Of a stretch of 64,000 nucleotides of DNA, positions 60,834-64,000 are shown one piece after another. The position numbers were made by a program, and so were the translations under genes. How positions within the stretch are numbered: the stretch's first letter is position 1; each line of letters begins with the position of its first letter. Source of the DNA: Tubiluchus corallicola (Eukaryota; Animalia; Priapulida); contig JAQGDQ010000465.1 of the NCBI GenBank assembly GCA_030141605.1, positions 115,848-179,847 of the forward strand, read 5' to 3'. The notes beneath the pieces are model-generated. The model had not been told where the DNA came from and did not search any database. It saw only the letters and a program-made list of their open reading frames with translations.

Positions 60834-63512
60834 TTGTGAGTTTTTTCTGTGACTTTCCCCCTGTGACTTCATTGTGAGTTTTTTCTGTGACTTTTCCCCT
60901 GTGACTTCATTGTGAGTTTTTTCTGTGACTTTTCCCCTGTGACTTCATTGTGAGTTTTTTCTGTGACTTTTCACCTGTGACTTCATTGTGAGTTTTTTCT
61001 GTGACTTTTCACCTGTGACTTCATTGTGAGTTTTTTCTGTGACTTTTCCCCTGTGACTTCATTGCGAGTTTTTTCTGTGACTTTTCCCCTGTGACTTCAT
61101 TGTGAGTTTTTTCTGTGACTTTTCCCCTGTGACTTCATTGTGAGTTTTTTCTGTGACTTTTCACCTGTGACTTCATTGTGAGTTTTTTCTGTGACTTTTC
61201 CCCTGTGACTTCATTGCGAGTTTTTTCTGTGACTTTTCCCCTGTGACTTCATTGTGAGTTTTTTCTGTGACTTTTCCCCTGTAACTGTTTTATCTGTGAG
61301 TTTTTTCTGTGACTTTTCCCCTGTAACTTCATTGGAGTTTTTTCTGTGACTTTTCCCCTGTAACTTCATTGTGAGTTTTTTCTGTGACTTTTCCCCTGTA
61401 ACTTCATTGTGAGTTTTTTCTGTGACTTTTCCCCTGTAACTTCATTGTGAGTTTTTTCTGTGACTTTTCCCCTGTAACTTCATTGTGTTTTTTCTGTGAC
61501 TTTTCCCCTGTAACTTCATTGCGAGTTTTTTCTGTGACTTTTCCCCTGTAACTTCATTGTGAGTTTTTTCTGTGACTTTTCCCCTGTGACTTCATTGTGA
61601 GTTTTTTCTGTGACTTTTCCCCCGTAACTTCATTGCGAGTTTTTTCTGTGACTTTTCCCCTGTAACTGTTTTATCTGTGACTTTTTTTCTGTGACTTTTC
61701 CCCTGTAACTGTTTTATCTGTAACTTTTCCCCTGTAACTGTTTTATCTGTGACTTTTCCCCTGTGACTTCATTGTGTTTTTTCTGTGACTTTTCCCCGTG
61801 ACTTCATTGTGAGTTTTTTCTGTGACTTTTCCATGTGACTTCATTGTTGTTTTTTCTGTGACTTTTCCCCTGTGACTTCATTGCGAGTTTTTTCTGTGAC
61901 TTTTCCCCTGTGACTTTATTGTGATTTTTTTCTGTGACCTTTCCCCTGTAATTGTGAGTTTTTTCTGTGCCTTTTCCCCTGTAACTGTTCTATCTGTGAT
62001 TTTTTTCTGTGACTTTTCCCTGTAACTTCATTGTGAGTTTTTTCTGTGACTTTTCCCCTGTAACTTCATTGTGAGTTTTTTCTGTGACTTTTCCCCTGTA
62101 ACTTTATTGTGTTTTTTCTGTGACTTTTCCCCTGTAACTTCATTGTGAGTTTTATCTGTGACTTTCCCCTGTAACTTCATTGAGTTTTTTCTGTGACCTT
62201 TCCCCTGTAACTTCATTGTGAGTTTTTTCTGTGACTTTCCCCTGTAACTTCATTGAGTTTTTTCTGTGACTTTTCCCCTGTAACTGTTTCACTGTGAGTT
62301 TTTTCTGTGACTTTTCCCCTGTGACTTCATTGCGAGTTTTTTCTGTGAGTTTTCCCCCGTGACTTCATTGAGTTTTTTCTGTGACTTTTCCCCTTTGACT
62401 TCATTGTGAGTTTTTTCTGTGACTTTCCCCTGTGACTTCATTGAGTTTTTTCTGTGAGTTTTCCCCTGTGACTTCATTGTGAGCCTTTTCTGTGACTTTT
62501 TCCCCTGTGACTTCATTGTGAGCCTTTTCTGTGACTTTTCCCCTGTGACTTCATTGTGAGCCTTTTCTGTGACTTTTCCCCTGTGACTTCATTGTGAGCC
62601 TTTTCTGTGACTTTTCCCCTGTGACTTCATTGTGAGCCTTTTCTGTGACTTTTCCCCTGTGACTTCATTGTGAGTTTTTTCTGTGACTTTTCACCTGTGA
62701 CTTCATTGTGTTTTTTCTGTGACTTTTCCCCTGTGACTTCATTGTGAGTTTTTTCTGTGACTTTCCCCTGTGACTTCATTGAGTTTTTTCTGTGAGTTTT
62801 CCCCTGTGACTTCATTGTGAGTTTTTTCTGTGACTTTCCCCTGTGACTTCATTGAGTTTTTTCTGTGAGTTTTCCCCTGTGACTTCACTGTGAGTTTTTT
62901 CTGTGACTTTTCCCCTGTGACTTCATTGCGAGTTTTTTCTGTGAGTTTTCCCCCGTGACTTCATTGAGTTTTTTCTGTGACTTTTCCCCTTTGACTTCAT
63001 TGTGAGTTTTTTCTGTGACTTTCCCCTGTGACTTCATTGAGTTTTTTCTGTGAGTTTTCCCCTGTGACTTCATTGTGAGCCTTTTCTGTGACTTTTTCCC
63101 CTGTGACTTCATTGTGAGCCTTTTCTGTGACTTTTCCCCTGTGACTTCATTGTGAGCCTTTTCTGTGACTTTTCCCCTGTGACTTCATTGTGAGCCTTTT
63201 CTGTGACTTTTCCCCTGTGACTTCATTGTGAGCCTTTTCTGTGACTTTTCCCCTGTAACTGTTTTATCTGTGACTTTTCCTCTGTAACTGTTTTATCTGT
63301 GATTTTTTCTGTGACTTTTCCCCTGTAACTTCATTGTGAGTTTTTACTGTGACTTTTCCCCTGTGACTTCATTGTGAGTTTTTACTGTGACTTTTCCCCT
63401 GTGACTTCATTGTGAGTATTTTCTGTGACTTTTCCCCCCGTGACTTCATTGTGAGTTTTTTCTGTGACTTTTCCCCTGTGACTTCATTGTGAGTTTTTTC
63501 TGTGACTTCATT
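60834..63512. repeat. Satellite array of about 38-bp units (about 2.7 kb)
   Basis: Unit tgtgacttcattgtgagttttttctgtgacttttcccc; identical ORFs at 62289 and 62885 show a 596-bp higher-order duplication. Confidence 0.98.
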
Positions 63513-63530
63513 ACCTTGTCCATATAAACA

Positions 63531-64000
63531 ATGTGTGTGCTTGCAAACCAAAGCCGTCCATAAATCAGCATAGTTAAAACTACGTTATGATGGTTCAATG
63601 TAGAATGCACCAAAAATATGGTCAATACAAATACTAAATATATATTGGAGTTTTATATTCTAGCTTCAAATTATCAAGAAAATGTTCAAAAAATACTAAA
63701 AATCTAATCCCATACTCATTTCTCTGGGTAGAAACTAGTAATGCAATTGTAAAAAAACTTGTATTTTCAATCTCCGACAGTAGCTCATGGCAGCAGTTAT
63801 TTTGCTTCACGTTTTTTCTGTTGCCAAGCCCAGATCTTCATCAGGAAGAGCCATCTACTGGATTTAAACAGAACTTCAATGTGTTTGCGATTGCCAAGTG
63901 TTTTGTAGAAACGAGACAAAAAACAATGGCTGACTTTAATAGCGATTTTCTCAAGGTTATGTTTTTCAGTGCACGGCCTGCACCTCAGCTTCAATGTGGA
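63531..64000 (-). mobile_element. MITE family A, copy 4 (runs off the window end)
   Basis: Similarity to copies 1-3. Confidence 0.85.

Noticed and set aside
62028-63551. Lys-rich MKSQGK ORFs
   Set aside because: Translations of the 38-bp satellite.

Overview
AT-rich eukaryotic (animal) genomic DNA with GT-AG spliceosomal introns, probably from an invertebrate deuterostome or chordate such as a tunicate (inferred, not proven). Three spliced genes can be reconstructed by hand with consistent splice phases. (1) The 3' part of phosphatidylserine synthase PTDSS1 (+, 7 exons, 1723-11757). (2) A complete ZNF704/ZNF395/SLC2A4RG (Glut4EF)-family C2H2 plus C-clamp transcription factor (-, 7 exons, 41278-18367). 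(3) The 3' part of an SLC18B1-like MFS transporter (-, 8 exons, 60148-49986). Introns and intergenic DNA hold many non-autonomous DNA transposons (piggyBac-, Kolobok-, hAT- and Tc1/pogo-like, several with intact TSDs), two solo-LTR-like copies, LINE 3' fragments, a MetaSINE-like element and more than ten unrelated minisatellites. Most ORFs in the supplied track are spurious. There is no CRISPR array or prokaryotic system, and I cannot support a new multi-gene system. The most unusual signals are a tandem duplication giving three decoy splice acceptors in the transporter gene, repeated birth of minisatellites from local transposon or exon sequence, Tudor-like repeats in the zinc-finger protein N-terminus, and a degenerate hammerhead-like motif in an intron.
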